Assembly: GCA_963836235.1 (NCBI GenBank)
Contig: CAWIIP010000002.1
Location: 416,001 to 480,000, forward strand
DNA length: 64,000 bases
Reading direction: 5' to 3'
Source of the DNA: an uncultured Pseudomonadota bacterium
GTDB lineage: Bacteria; Oederibacteriota; Muellerivitia; Muellerivitales; Muellerivitaceae
Shown: in pieces, positions 27,295 through 36,706 of the stretch
How the letters are laid out: each line of letters begins with the position of its first letter
Position numbering within the stretch: the first letter of the stretch is position 1
Made by a program: the position numbers and the translations under genes
Notes under the pieces: generated by a model
Told to the model about the DNA's origin: nothing
The model's input: the letters and a program-made list of their open reading frames with translations, nothing else
Databases searched by the model: none

Positions 27295-29483
27295 TAATTT
27301 TCCCCCGGGAAGAGGACAAGTTCTTCGTTCAAAGCTTGCTCCGCCTTAAAAAATCGCCCGGTTTGAAAACTTTCAATAAACGCATGGGCCGGTTCAGAAA
27401 AAAAAGAGAATGGATTCACAATATTGTTGGACGCGGGGTTCAATGTGTTTTTGACCTTGTATACCGCTAAAAAATCCTTCCAGTAAAGGGGTTCCAAGCC
27501 CGACCGGACAAAGTCATTAAGTTTTTTCCATTCGGGCAGGCTTAAATCGTAATGATGGTACTCGCTCGAAACCCTTTCTCCCTCGGGTATATTAAAAACC
27601 ACATGGGTAATTCCCATTTGGTGAAGCCTTGTCCATATCCCCTCTGCGTCCTTTTCTCCCCTTGCGGCGGCCGCAAAAAAAGGCTCGTCAAAAACGGAAT
27701 TGGCGTAAAAAGTCCTCCGGTAATAAAGCCCCCTGGCATCCCCAACGATTAACAGCCTGGCGTCTGCGGGCAGATTTTGGTCGGTCCAAACCACTATAGG
27801 CTCATAAGAATTCAGCATCTGTCGATTCAGATAACCTTCCGCGGTTTCCCTTCCGGTCCAAATGCCCATCCCGTTAAAAAAGCGCGCGCTAAGTCCTAGA
27901 TAGTAAACAAAAAACAAAAGGCCGGAGAAAACTAACGCTCCGCCCCATAAAATTTTCAACCAATCATTTTTTTCAGCTGTCAGGGCCAAGGTTAAGATCA
28001 TAAAAGCCAAAACGAAAGCCGGCATTGAAAAACGAAGCATATGGGAAAGGCTGAGCCCGAAAACAAATGACAGAAGCATGGTTTTAACTAAAAAACCAAT
28101 GGACTTGTTTTGAGTACGGGTAAAAAACAAAACTGGCAAAAAGGCTAAAAGTAGCGGACCAATAAATTGGCCATCCCCCGACTGAGGCATTGTCAAACGC
28201 CAAGGCAAGTCAATAAAAGACATTAACCCTTGATCCATTGGAAGAAACTGTTGGTTTTCATGCAGCAACCGCTGATAACTCCAAGCGGGAAACTGTCGTC
28301 CACCCATCCAGGATATGGCATAAGGGAAAAAGGGGTTCCCAGCAAAACAAGCGTTTTTGACCAACCATGGTCCAACTTCTAGGACTGGAAGGGCCAAAAG
28401 AAAAAGCCATATCTTTTTAAATCTTTTTACTGGTTGAAAGCCATATTCCCAAAAATAAGCCAAAAACGCCGCCCCTATTCCAACCACTGCGGTCGGCTTG
28501 ATTGATAGGGCCAAGCCCGCAAAAAGGCTCGCTACAATAATCCAAGCCTCTTTTTTGGAGGAGGCTTGGCAGGCTTTATCAAAACTATAAAAAAAAAGGA
28601 AAAGCGAAAAACACAAGAGACCGTCAACCCGAACAGCCAAAGTATTTAAAAAAAGCAGCGGGAAAGTGAAAATGGCCATTCCAGCAAAAGTCCCGGCCAA
28701 AAATCCGCCCAGTTCCTTGACCCACCCAAAGACCCCCACTCCAAGACAAAATAAAATAACGACGTTTAAAGCTTTGGCCCCCTCCGTCCCGCCCAAAATA
28801 AAGCCATTCAGGAAAAAAAGTGATCCACCATGAAAATAACCCGAAAGCAAATGCGTGGGGCAATCAGAAATCCCGTGTTGAAAAAGCCAGAAACTCGGCA
28901 TCGCGAGGAAATAATTGAGGGAATCATAAAAGGTTTCTGGAAGTAAACTATGAAGTAAAAGAAAGCCAAAATAGCTGATTCCCAACATCAAAAGAGTCCA
29001 TGGAAATTCCATTCGTAAGGACCAGGATTGCCGAATGGTTAAAATATCCTTTGTTAATTGAATCGCTAAAAAAACGATTCCAATTAGCCATAAGGACTCT
29101 GCCCACAATCGAACAAGCCCTAAACCCATCCAAAATGTGTTCAAAACGAATATACCGAGCCCAAAATCCAAGCAAAAATTAATAGAATTTGTCGAACCTA
29201 GAATGGTAAGCCAATGGCGTAATCTTTTCCCGGAACTCCATAAAATTCCAACAACTACAAAACCGGAAGCAACGTTTAAAAAAGAACTCTGAAAACTCAT
29301 TATTCTTTCGAATAAGTCGGTATTTTGAAGGTTATTGGCATTTAAAAAACCAGGTGAAAAATGCAATAAAAATGGGAAATGGGAAAAAAAGACCGCGTTA
29401 ACAACAAAAAACCAAAGAGTGAGAACGGCAATAAATCCCACGCTTGACCTAAACTTGAGGTAAATGGCGTGGGGTAAGGGCAC
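27225..29483 (-). CDS. Multi-pass GT-C-fold glycosyltransferase (ArnT/PMT-like), paralog B
   Basis: PETFYDSLNYFLAMP, ALSIKPT, PWLVKN...GNPFFPY, LLIVGDARGLYY; collinear with paralog A. Confidence 0.75.
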   Translation of the reverse strand: MPLPHAIYLKFRSSVGFIAVLTLWFFVVNAVFFSHFPFLLHFSPGFLNANNLQNTDLFERIMSFQSSFLNVASGFVVVGILWSSGKRLRHWLTILGSTNSINFCLDFGLGIFVLNTFWMGLGLVRLWAESLWLIGIVFLAIQLTKDILTIRQSWSLRMEFPWTLLMLGISYFGFLLLHSLLPETFYDSLNYFLAMPSFWLFQHGISDCPTHLLSGYFHGGSLFFLNGFILGGTEGAKALNVVILFCLGVGVFGWVKELGGFLAGTFAGMAIFTFPLLFLNTLAVRVDGLLCFSLFLFFYSFDKACQASSKKEAWIIVASLFAGLALSIKPTAVVGIGAAFLAYFWEYGFQPVKRFKKIWLFLLALPVLEVGPWLVKNACFAGNPFFPYAISWMGGRQFPAWSYQRLLHENQQFLPMDQGLMSFIDLPWRLTMPQSGDGQFIGPLLLAFLPVLFFTRTQNKSIGFLVKTMLLSFVFGLSLSHMLRFSMPAFVLAFMILTLALTAEKNDWLKILWGGALVFSGLLFFVYYLGLSARFFNGMGIWTGRETAEGYLNRQMLNSYEPIVVWTDQNLPADARLLIVGDARGLYYRRTFYANSVFDEPFFAAAARGEKDAEGIWTRLHQMGITHVVFNIPEGERVSSEYHHYDLSLPEWKKLNDFVRSGLEPLYWKDFLAVYKVKNTLNPASNNIVNPFSFFSEPAHAFIESFQTGRFFKAEQALNEELVLFPGENYWVEKMNLLKESGKNRAKGTGSS

Positions 29484-29525
29484 AAACTCTCCTAAAACCG
29501 TCTTTGCTTGAATTTTACCCCAAAA

Positions 29526-29562
29526 TAAAAAAGCACCTTGTTTAAAAACAAGGTGCCCTTTT
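29526..29562 (-). terminator. Intrinsic terminator downstream of the HU gene
   Basis: GCACCTTGTTT...AAACAAGGTGC hairpin with a T tract on the minus strand (also a T run on the plus side). Confidence 0.75.
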
Positions 29563-29583
29563 AGTCGTCTAAATAAACGAATT

Positions 29584-29859
29584 TTAAGACAAAACAGCTT
29601 CTTTCAAATCTTTTAAAACACGAAATTTAACGACTTTTTTAGCTGGAACATTTACCATTTCACCAGTCCGAGGATTCCGAGCCAACCGAGCTTTCCGGTC
29701 TTTCAACTGGAATACTCCCAAGCCATCCAGCTTGATTTTGAACTCTTTCTTCAAGGTTTTATAAATAGTACCCCTTAAAGCTTGAAGAACATTGTCCACG
29801 TCCTTCTTTTTTAATCCCGTTTGCTCCGCTAACGTCCCCAGCAGTTCGCTCTTGGTCAA
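29584..29859 (-). CDS. hup: HU family DNA-binding protein
   Basis: MTKSEL, LDGLGVF, RKARLARNPRTGE...VPAKKVVKF; AGGAGG SD. Confidence 0.93.
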   Translation of the reverse strand: MTKSELLGTLAEQTGLKKKDVDNVLQALRGTIYKTLKKEFKIKLDGLGVFQLKDRKARLARNPRTGEMVNVPAKKVVKFRVLKDLKEAVLS

Positions 29860-29891
29860 CGTCCACCTCCTGGATTTTGAAATCCGGCCTA

Positions 29892-29920
29892 TTTATACAA
29901 GAGTAAAAGACACTTGGCAA
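29892..29920 (-). promoter_or_regulatory. Sigma70-type promoter upstream of hup
   Basis: Minus strand TTGCCA-17 nt-TATAAA. Confidence 0.55.
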
Positions 29921-30030
29921 GGATTTTCTGCCTTTTTCAAGGGTTTTTGGCACTTTTCTTTCTTACAACCCCTAATAAAACAAGGTAATTACTTGGCCCT
30001 AAAACAGAAAATATAAAGGATTTCAAAAGT

Positions 30031-30615
30031 TTAAGCCGACAAATGTCGATGTAAGGTTCGTGGGCTAACACTCATGAGGCTAGCTAGCTGGGTTCTCTTC
30101 AATTTTTGCTGGCTAAGTATTTGCCGAAGAAATGTCTTTGAGAATTCTCGCCGAGCTTGAAAAAGTGAGGTTTTTTGGACCATGGCTTTCTCAGTAAGAG
30201 TCGCCGCTAAATGTGAAATAAACGAATGGGGATAATGGAAATTTAAAGGTTGGGATAAACATTCCTCAATCTTTGCCTTAAGAAGTCTTTTCTCCTGAGC
30301 GGCCCACAAAATATCACAATTCCCTGCTTTTATGGCAGAAATAACATTTGGAAGGTCGGGAACCGTAAACAAGGCAATTTTTTTGGCGTTTGTTTGGAAA
30401 TTTTCAACAAGGGAAAGAAGCGGGGAAAAATAAACTCGATTTAGATGCCAATCCAATAACAGTAGTTCAAATGATTGTTTTTCCAATAAATCGAGGGCCG
30501 ATTGAATATCACCAATAGCAAAGACCTCTCCAAAAGTTTCACAAACATCCTGAAGAATATCTCGAAAGTAAGCATCGTCTTCAAGTATAAGAATTTTTAC
30601 ACCATTTTTTAACAT
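30031..30615 (-). CDS. Response regulator (receiver + Fis-type HTH, no AAA+ domain)
   Basis: ILILEDD, LLLLDW (phospho-Asp), C-terminal LASLMSVSPRTLHRHL. Confidence 0.8.
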   Translation of the reverse strand: MLKNGVKILILEDDAYFRDILQDVCETFGEVFAIGDIQSALDLLEKQSFELLLLDWHLNRVYFSPLLSLVENFQTNAKKIALFTVPDLPNVISAIKAGNCDILWAAQEKRLLKAKIEECLSQPLNFHYPHSFISHLAATLTEKAMVQKTSLFQARREFSKTFLRQILSQQKLKRTQLASLMSVSPRTLHRHLSA

Positions 30616-30665
30616 AAGAATTCAAATCCTTTTTTCCTACATAGTATAATTTATCAAAAAGCCAG

Positions 30666-31823
30666 CTAAATTGGCAGGTTTTTGATCTTCGCGGAAATAG
30701 AATTTAATGGAAAAAAGATAGAAAAAATCGTTCCTTTCCCGGGATGGCTTTTTACTTTTATGTAACCTTCGTGATTTTCAACAATTTTTCGACAAATAGC
30801 CAACCCCAATCCGGTTCCTAATGAATTTTCTGAAAAGAAAGGCAAAAAAATCTTATCTAGATTTTCTTCCCGAATACCTTTTCCATTATCCTTAACCTGG
30901 ATTTCTGCCCAATTTGACCCATTAGGAGTCTTGGTCAAGAAGTGTATTGATATTTCAACTACTCCCTCTGCCTGAATAGCTTTCAACGCATTTTGCAGCA
31001 AATTGATAAATAATGATTTTATTTGGATCTCGTTTCCTTTTATACAAAAGTTTTTAAGTGCGCTAATTTTCAATCGGATTTTTTTGGATTGAAAAAGAGG
31101 GCCCATCAATTGGATAACTTGTTGGATAATTTTTTTAAAATTAATCATAGTTTTCTTTTCAGGACCCGCATTCGAGAGATCCAACAAATCATTAGTCAAA
31201 TCAGAAAGACGGCCTATTTCCCTTTGCATTAATTTTTGAAAGGAATACATAAAAATATCGTCCATTCGTTTATAAGGGAGTAATTGGATAAGTGTATCTA
31301 AAGCCGTAAGAGGATTTCGTATTTCGTGAATCATCGCGGGGGACATCCACCCGAAGACATCTTGACGATTTCTTGATTGAAGTTTTTCCCAAAGATATTT
31401 TTTTTCCAAAAAATCAGCAGTCCGATCTACCAACAATTTCATAAATATTTTTTTCTCGCCCGTTATTGAAAACTGTTTTGATTTACTGACGAGCGCATAA
31501 CAGGCCACACAGTCTTCTTCGACTAAAATCGGAAAATAAACAGATTGAATTTTTGGTTTACTTCCACTCCAAACAGTCAATATTTTATTTTTTTTAATGA
31601 GATGATTAAAATGAGGATTTTTTTCAGACATCGCAATTCTTTGCGAAGGCGAATAAGATCTAAAACCATCTTTTTCCCGAAATAAAAGAACTACCCGGGT
31701 TAAACCCATTTGCTTTTCGATCAGTTTTGAAAATCGAGAAAACTGAACTCCGAGCTCATTTTTAACTAAAAATTGTTTGTGTAATTCCCTAAGAAGAAGA
31801 ATCCAATTCAAGGGTGTACCCAT
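30666..31823 (-). CDS. Cytoplasmic sensor histidine kinase
   Basis: HEIRNPL, NLLQNA, DNGKGI, IFLPFFS, GTGLGL; no obvious TM segment. Confidence 0.9.
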   Translation of the reverse strand: MGTPLNWILLLRELHKQFLVKNELGVQFSRFSKLIEKQMGLTRVVLLFREKDGFRSYSPSQRIAMSEKNPHFNHLIKKNKILTVWSGSKPKIQSVYFPILVEEDCVACYALVSKSKQFSITGEKKIFMKLLVDRTADFLEKKYLWEKLQSRNRQDVFGWMSPAMIHEIRNPLTALDTLIQLLPYKRMDDIFMYSFQKLMQREIGRLSDLTNDLLDLSNAGPEKKTMINFKKIIQQVIQLMGPLFQSKKIRLKISALKNFCIKGNEIQIKSLFINLLQNALKAIQAEGVVEISIHFLTKTPNGSNWAEIQVKDNGKGIREENLDKIFLPFFSENSLGTGLGLAICRKIVENHEGYIKVKSHPGKGTIFSIFFPLNSISAKIKNLPI

Positions 31824-31853
31824 AGGCCTTCAAATCCGAAATTGAAATTGGAT

Positions 31854-33308
31854 TTATAAATTCCGAAAACCAATCCCATGTTCTCGGCGTTTTTTAACAA
31901 TTCTTTTGTAATCATCCTCAAGTTTCAGTTCTTTTAATTTCCAAATAAGAGTATTGCGATGAAGTCCTAAGGTAGCCGCGGTCAGAGTTTGATTGCCGCG
32001 GGTACGTTCCAATACCTTTCGAATAAACTGCCGTTCGAATTGGCACCGGACCCGTTTCAATGATAGCTTCGCTTCTTCCTTGGTTTTAGCCAAATCAATT
32101 TGCTTTACCAGAATATCAAGAGGAATATCTTCGATACCAAGGGTATCCTTTCCCGCAAACAAAACCATCATTTCAATACTATTTTCCAGTTCTTTGACAT
32201 TCCCAGGCCAATTGTATTGGGTTAAAAACTGGATAGCTTCCTTTTGGATGTTTTTAACATGAATTTTCGCCTTTTGATTTGTCGCCTTGAGGAAATAATT
32301 CACTAAACTCGGAATATCCTCGCGCCTTTCTCTTAAAGCGGGTAAAACTAAAGAAAATATGTTCAATAATTGGTACAAATCCTTCCGAAAGTTCCCTTTT
32401 TCAACCTCCGCCAATAAATCAATGTCTGTCGAGGCGATGACGCGAAAATCCGTGGGGATCGAAACACGGCTTCCAATTCGAAACATTTTCCTTCCGGAAA
32501 ACACTTTGAAGATTTCCTCCTGCATATCCAAAGGCAACCTGTCGACTTGTTCGAGAAAAAAAGTTCCACTATTAGCGAATTCTAACTTTCCAATTTGGGA
32601 AGATTGGTTTTTTGCTTCATCACCTTCCTCGCCAAAAAGTTCTTTTTCAAGTTGGCCTTTAGATATGGATCCACAAGATAAAGTAATGAAGGGATTCCGC
32701 TTTCTTACGCTTTGAGAATGGATCTCACGCGCGACTTCTTCGAGCCCGCTTCCCATTTCACCTCGGATCAACACCGGCGATTCCAATTTGGAAACATCAT
32801 TTATTTGTCGGACCACTTCCTGTATAGCCTTGCTATTTCCAATAAGACTTATTGGTTTTTTCAAAGCCAACTCTTCACGCAAGAAACGGTTCTCTTTTTC
32901 CAACGCCTTCTTCGCGAGAATTCGCTTCAGAAGCTCGTATAATTCCGCGATTTTATAAGGCTTCGTTAAATAGTCATACGCACCCAATTTCATCGCATCT
33001 AATGCGGTATCAACGCCGGTGAGGGCTGTCACCATTATGACTTCGATAGACTCATCCTTTCGTTTGATCTGGCGTAATAAGTCCAAACCGGAACCATCGG
33101 GAAGCATAATGTCTAATAAACAAAGATCAAAAGTTTGATTTTTAAGGATTCGAATCGTAGTTTTGGCGTCTTCAGCAAAAACCAACTCATAATGATCCTG
33201 AAGGGCAAGCCTAAAAGATTCCCTGACACTTTCCTCATCATCCACAACTAAAATTAATGGTTTCACGAAAGATCCTGTTTGACTGATTTTGAAAGGTATC
33301 ACTTTCAA
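31854..33308 (-). CDS. NtrC-like response regulator (REC-AAA+-Fis HTH) with degenerate ATPase motifs
   Basis: VVDDE, LDIMLPD, YLTKP; GEMGSGLE; FRKDLYQLL; LPALRERREDI; YNWPGNVKELEN; GNQTLTAATLGLHRNTL. Confidence 0.9.
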   Translation of the reverse strand: MKVIPFKISQTGSFVKPLILVVDDEESVRESFRLALQDHYELVFAEDAKTTIRILKNQTFDLCLLDIMLPDGSGLDLLRQIKRKDESIEVIMVTALTGVDTALDAMKLGAYDYLTKPYKIAELYELLKRILAKKALEKENRFLREELALKKPISLIGNSKAIQEVVRQINDVSKLESPVLIRGEMGSGLEEVAREIHSQSVRKRNPFITLSCGSISKGQLEKELFGEEGDEAKNQSSQIGKLEFANSGTFFLEQVDRLPLDMQEEIFKVFSGRKMFRIGSRVSIPTDFRVIASTDIDLLAEVEKGNFRKDLYQLLNIFSLVLPALRERREDIPSLVNYFLKATNQKAKIHVKNIQKEAIQFLTQYNWPGNVKELENSIEMMVLFAGKDTLGIEDIPLDILVKQIDLAKTKEEAKLSLKRVRCQFERQFIRKVLERTRGNQTLTAATLGLHRNTLIWKLKELKLEDDYKRIVKKRREHGIGFRNL

Positions 33309-33340
33309 AGACGAACTTATTATATTTTTTTAACCAGACT

Positions 33341-34363
33341 TTATAAAGACTTTCGAGATGGAAATACCTGATTTTTACGAACGACAATTATTGGTTTCTT
33401 GGACTTCTCTAGCTTTAAAAACGGTTCGAGAGTTGAGCAAAATGGAGATAATTCTTCCCGAAGTTTCATGTCTTCAAGCATTCTTAAAAATAAGAAAAGA
33501 TACTCGCTGGCGATTCCACAATTCTCGCCGAAAGCAGTTCTCGCTTTTTGAACGATTTTGACATATTGGGTCCTGGTTGGAGCCTCTTCACCGCTTCCCA
33601 AGAGCTTAATGGAGCGAAAATGCCTTTTCATAGCCCTTAAAACCCATCGGTCGATAGGAAAGGCCGTCTGATGGCCCATGGAAAAAAGAAGGATACAATC
33701 CGCAATCTTTGGTCCAATTCCATCCAAAGACATCAAAGCCTCACGAGCGTCATCGCAAGGTATCGATTTCAAATGATCCAGAGAAACGACCTGGGCTTCG
33801 ACAGCTCGAGCCATACGAATGATTCGATCGGCCCGAGCCCGGTAATTATTGGTAAAAGGCCTCAAGGATTCCGCCGAAAGACGAGCAATATCCGCGGCAT
33901 CTGGAAAAGCACGAACTTCTTTGATGCCTTCAAGAGGCCGCCCATATTCCGCGCAAAACTTTTTTAATGCATGTCGAATGACTTTTACGGAAAGCCCTTG
34001 AGCAAACATGTAGGAAACGGTGCATTCCCAGGATTCTTGTCGAATCAGCCTCAAACCGTTAAGAACTTTAAGCGGAAATTGCATCACCGAATGGGACTCA
34101 AAGGACTCAGCCCATTTATTTAAGTTTTCGTCCAAACTTAAATAAAACGACAGCCAGCTTTCCGCGTTTTTGTTCCGAACAACCGGGGAATTACATTCCC
34201 AAGAAAGCTGATTCTTCTCTTGTTTCAGTCTCCAGAATGCCTGCCCCGCGACACCTGTAAACCAACCATCAGCGTCAGGACCATCCCATCGAAAAGATTG
34301 GCCGCAAAGCAGCGTCAAACCCAGGGAAAATGGTTCGGGTAATTGCCTAACTCCTCGAATCAT
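33341..34363 (-). CDS. 8-oxoguanine DNA glycosylase (OGG1-type, HhH-GPD)
   Basis: TLLCGQSFRW N-domain, GLRLIRQESWE, LDGIGPKIADCILLFS, AFPIDRWV. Confidence 0.85.
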   Translation of the reverse strand: MIRGVRQLPEPFSLGLTLLCGQSFRWDGPDADGWFTGVAGQAFWRLKQEKNQLSWECNSPVVRNKNAESWLSFYLSLDENLNKWAESFESHSVMQFPLKVLNGLRLIRQESWECTVSYMFAQGLSVKVIRHALKKFCAEYGRPLEGIKEVRAFPDAADIARLSAESLRPFTNNYRARADRIIRMARAVEAQVVSLDHLKSIPCDDAREALMSLDGIGPKIADCILLFSMGHQTAFPIDRWVLRAMKRHFRSIKLLGSGEEAPTRTQYVKIVQKARTAFGENCGIASEYLFLFLRMLEDMKLREELSPFCSTLEPFLKLEKSKKPIIVVRKNQVFPSRKSL

Positions 34364-34690
34364 TTAATCCATCCGCCGGTAATAAAAAGCCGCTGTAACT
34401 ACAATTGCCAAAAACAAGGCTAAGGCGCTGATATCCCAACGGTTCACTCGCCATTGAATAATCTGGTGCGCGATTAAAAAAACAGCGAAAGCCCAAAAAC
34501 TCCATTTCCTCATTAGTAGAAGATTGTATAAGCAAACAACTATAAAAACCGTGCTCAAGGAGATGTATAGGGGATACCAGGAACTAACGAGGCGAATTTC
34601 TCCAGAAAACACATAGTACATTTTTAAAAAACACCCCAAAAGAGCCAAGGAACAAAGAACAGTCAATACAGAAGGGCTTTCGAACTTCAT
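34364..34690 (-). CDS. Hypothetical small membrane protein
   Basis: Four hydrophobic segments; probable ATG at 34690; stop abuts the glycosylase start. Confidence 0.7.
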   Translation of the reverse strand: MKFESPSVLTVLCSLALLGCFLKMYYVFSGEIRLVSSWYPLYISLSTVFIVVCLYNLLLMRKWSFWAFAVFLIAHQIIQWRVNRWDISALALFLAIVVTAAFYYRRMD

Positions 34691-34935
34691 TCTTTTTCCC
34701 CGCCTAATTTGCGTAAAATTCAAAACTACCATTAACAAATTACAACTCAATAAAACCCAAATTTTAAAATTGATGTTTAAGCGAATTTACTGGTTGTTAC
34801 TTTGATGACTTCTCTTTTAACTAAAATTCTTAAATGGAAATATTAAATTTCAAAAACTCTCGTAAGGATCCTCTTGGGACGACAATTCATTTTCTTTCAT
34901 GCGGGATATTCGTTACATGTGCAGGACTATTCAAC

Positions 34936-35127
34936 CTAAACCTTGCGACCCTTTTTTCGTCTCTCTTTTTTTCTGCGAGGATCTTTAGGCGACCTGGGCT
35001 TATCTCCATCTGATCCCTGCCAACGCCTTTCGTCTTTACGACGCTCGGCGAGAGCACGGATTTCCGCTGGGCGTTTAAACATGTAAAACTTTCCCAATAA
35101 CTTTTTAACCCAATGGAACAGGTTCAT
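34936..35127 (-). CDS. Small basic hypothetical protein with ERR/DPRR motifs
   Basis: 63-aa ORF starting 5 nt after the upstream stop; ERRKDERR...DPRRKKERR. Confidence 0.5.
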   Translation of the reverse strand: MNLFHWVKKLLGKFYMFKRPAEIRALAERRKDERRWQGSDGDKPRSPKDPRRKKERRKKGRKV

Positions 35128-35132
35128 TTAAC

Positions 35133-35840
35133 TTATGACCGCCGGATACTGACAACGCGGTCTCGTTCGTTCGTTGCGGCAGGGTGGCCCATGGTTGCTT
35201 TTTGTTTTTTTATGTCCTGGCCGTTTTTCCAACTCTTCAAAAGGGCGGCGCCCGAAACAACCAAGGCCAACAAAAAGAGAAAATTGGAATGCTGGACTCC
35301 ATTTCCTAAGTCTTTTAGAGTCAAGGAAATCTCCTCTAAGCGTTTATTTGTCGCTTCTTGGGCTCCATTGAGCTCGCGGTATTGGTTAAAAGAATCCCTC
35401 TCCATGAGAAATGCCGTAGTTTGTACCCTCGCTTCCAACTCCGCGAGTTTTTTATCATCGACTCCCTTTGGACGGGCACTCACACCAATGGTTTTCTCTT
35501 GAATAACAGTGACAGGCGCTGGAGCCTCTAGACCTTTAGGGGACTCAACAACAGCTGGCCTCCCACCAATCCAAATAACGGTTTTATTTGCGTTATCTTT
35601 TTCAGAAACAAGAATACTCAATAAAGCTTGGGCTTTTTTATCCTGGGAATTGGCTTGAAGAGCCTTAGAATCCAAAAGAATGGCTTGGTCAAAATCACCT
35701 GAAAGATAGGCTTGAAGAGCCGATTGATAATAATCCGTGGGAGTCGAAGATATATCGACTGTTTGAGCTATCGCTATTGCCGAAGCTAACCAAATCAACA
35801 AAAAACTAATTTCCATTATCTGTTTTTGTCGCATCTCCAC
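35133..35840 (-). CDS. Hypothetical exported/membrane-anchored protein (TPR-like + coiled coil + C-terminal TM)
   Basis: Signal peptide, YYQSALQAYLSGDFDQA TPR-like helix pair, TM FLFLLALVVSGAALL. Confidence 0.7.
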   Translation of the reverse strand: MEMRQKQIMEISFLLIWLASAIAIAQTVDISSTPTDYYQSALQAYLSGDFDQAILLDSKALQANSQDKKAQALLSILVSEKDNANKTVIWIGGRPAVVESPKGLEAPAPVTVIQEKTIGVSARPKGVDDKKLAELEARVQTTAFLMERDSFNQYRELNGAQEATNKRLEEISLTLKDLGNGVQHSNFLFLLALVVSGAALLKSWKNGQDIKKQKATMGHPAATNERDRVVSIRRS

Positions 35841-35869
35841 CCCTTATTAACGACGAATTTTACCATAGG

Positions 35870-36706
35870 TTAACTTTTTAACATGAGAAAAGCACCGAAC
35901 CTTCCGGTTGGTTTTCCGGAACCCGCTTCGGCCCGGTGGGAATAAAACATATCGATGTTTTTAATGGTACAAAGCTCTGATCGAATAAGATTTTCCTCTT
36001 TCATCCCAATTTCAATAAGCTGACGGGCATTGGCCTCAGAAAGGTTCAACTTCCAATGGTCTTTGGAGGATTTTTCAAAAACTTCTTGGCCCCAGGGAAA
36101 AACATTCATGAAGCTCTTTCTCACATCCTCTCCTACTTCATAGCAACAGGCCCCTATACAAGGGCCTAATACCGCCCGAACCTCTTCAGGTTTTGTTCCA
36201 TAAGCATCTCCCATTGCCAGTAACGTTTTCGCAGCCACATGGCTCACCGATCCACGCCAACCGGCATGGGCCAAACCGATGGCCTTATGTATTGGATCAA
36301 AAAAAAGAATCGGAAGACAATCGGCCACTAAAATCATCACGGAAATATCCATTTCATTTGTGATAATTCCGTCTCCTTGGCCTAAGGAACCTCCATTTTG
36401 AGGACGGTTGGCCGCATCCAATTTAACCACATTATCGCTATGTACTTGATCCACCCAAACCGATCTACTCAAATCCATCCCAAATTCACGGGACAAAAGG
36501 ACACGATTCTCGTCAACTCTGACATTATCATCTTCAACTCTATAACTCATATTGAGAGAACGATAAATTCCAGCGCTAACTCCTCCGACCCTCGTAGAAA
36601 CAGCATGTCGCAAGATTTTAGAATCAGCGAACCTAGGAAAAGTAATAGTAATGATGCCGCCCTGTTGCGTTTGGACTGCTTCAGCGGCTAGCTTGCTGGT
36701 TTTCAT
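35870..36706 (-). CDS. pgeF: Peptidoglycan editing factor PgeF (YfiH)
   Basis: STRVGGVS, QVHS, VADCLPI, HAGWRG, GPCIGACCYEVG, CT...FYSHR. Confidence 0.93.
   Translation of the reverse strand: MKTSKLAAEAVQTQQGGIITITFPRFADSKILRHAVSTRVGGVSAGIYRSLNMSYRVEDDNVRVDENRVLLSREFGMDLSRSVWVDQVHSDNVVKLDAANRPQNGGSLGQGDGIITNEMDISVMILVADCLPILFFDPIHKAIGLAHAGWRGSVSHVAAKTLLAMGDAYGTKPEEVRAVLGPCIGACCYEVGEDVRKSFMNVFPWGQEVFEKSSKDHWKLNLSEANARQLIEIGMKEENLIRSELCTIKNIDMFYSHRAEAGSGKPTGRFGAFLMLKS

Noticed and set aside
29947-29963. TGGCAC-N5-TTTC resembling a sigma54 -24/-12 promoter
   Set aside because: It lacks the -12 GC and points along the plus strand, where no gene follows.
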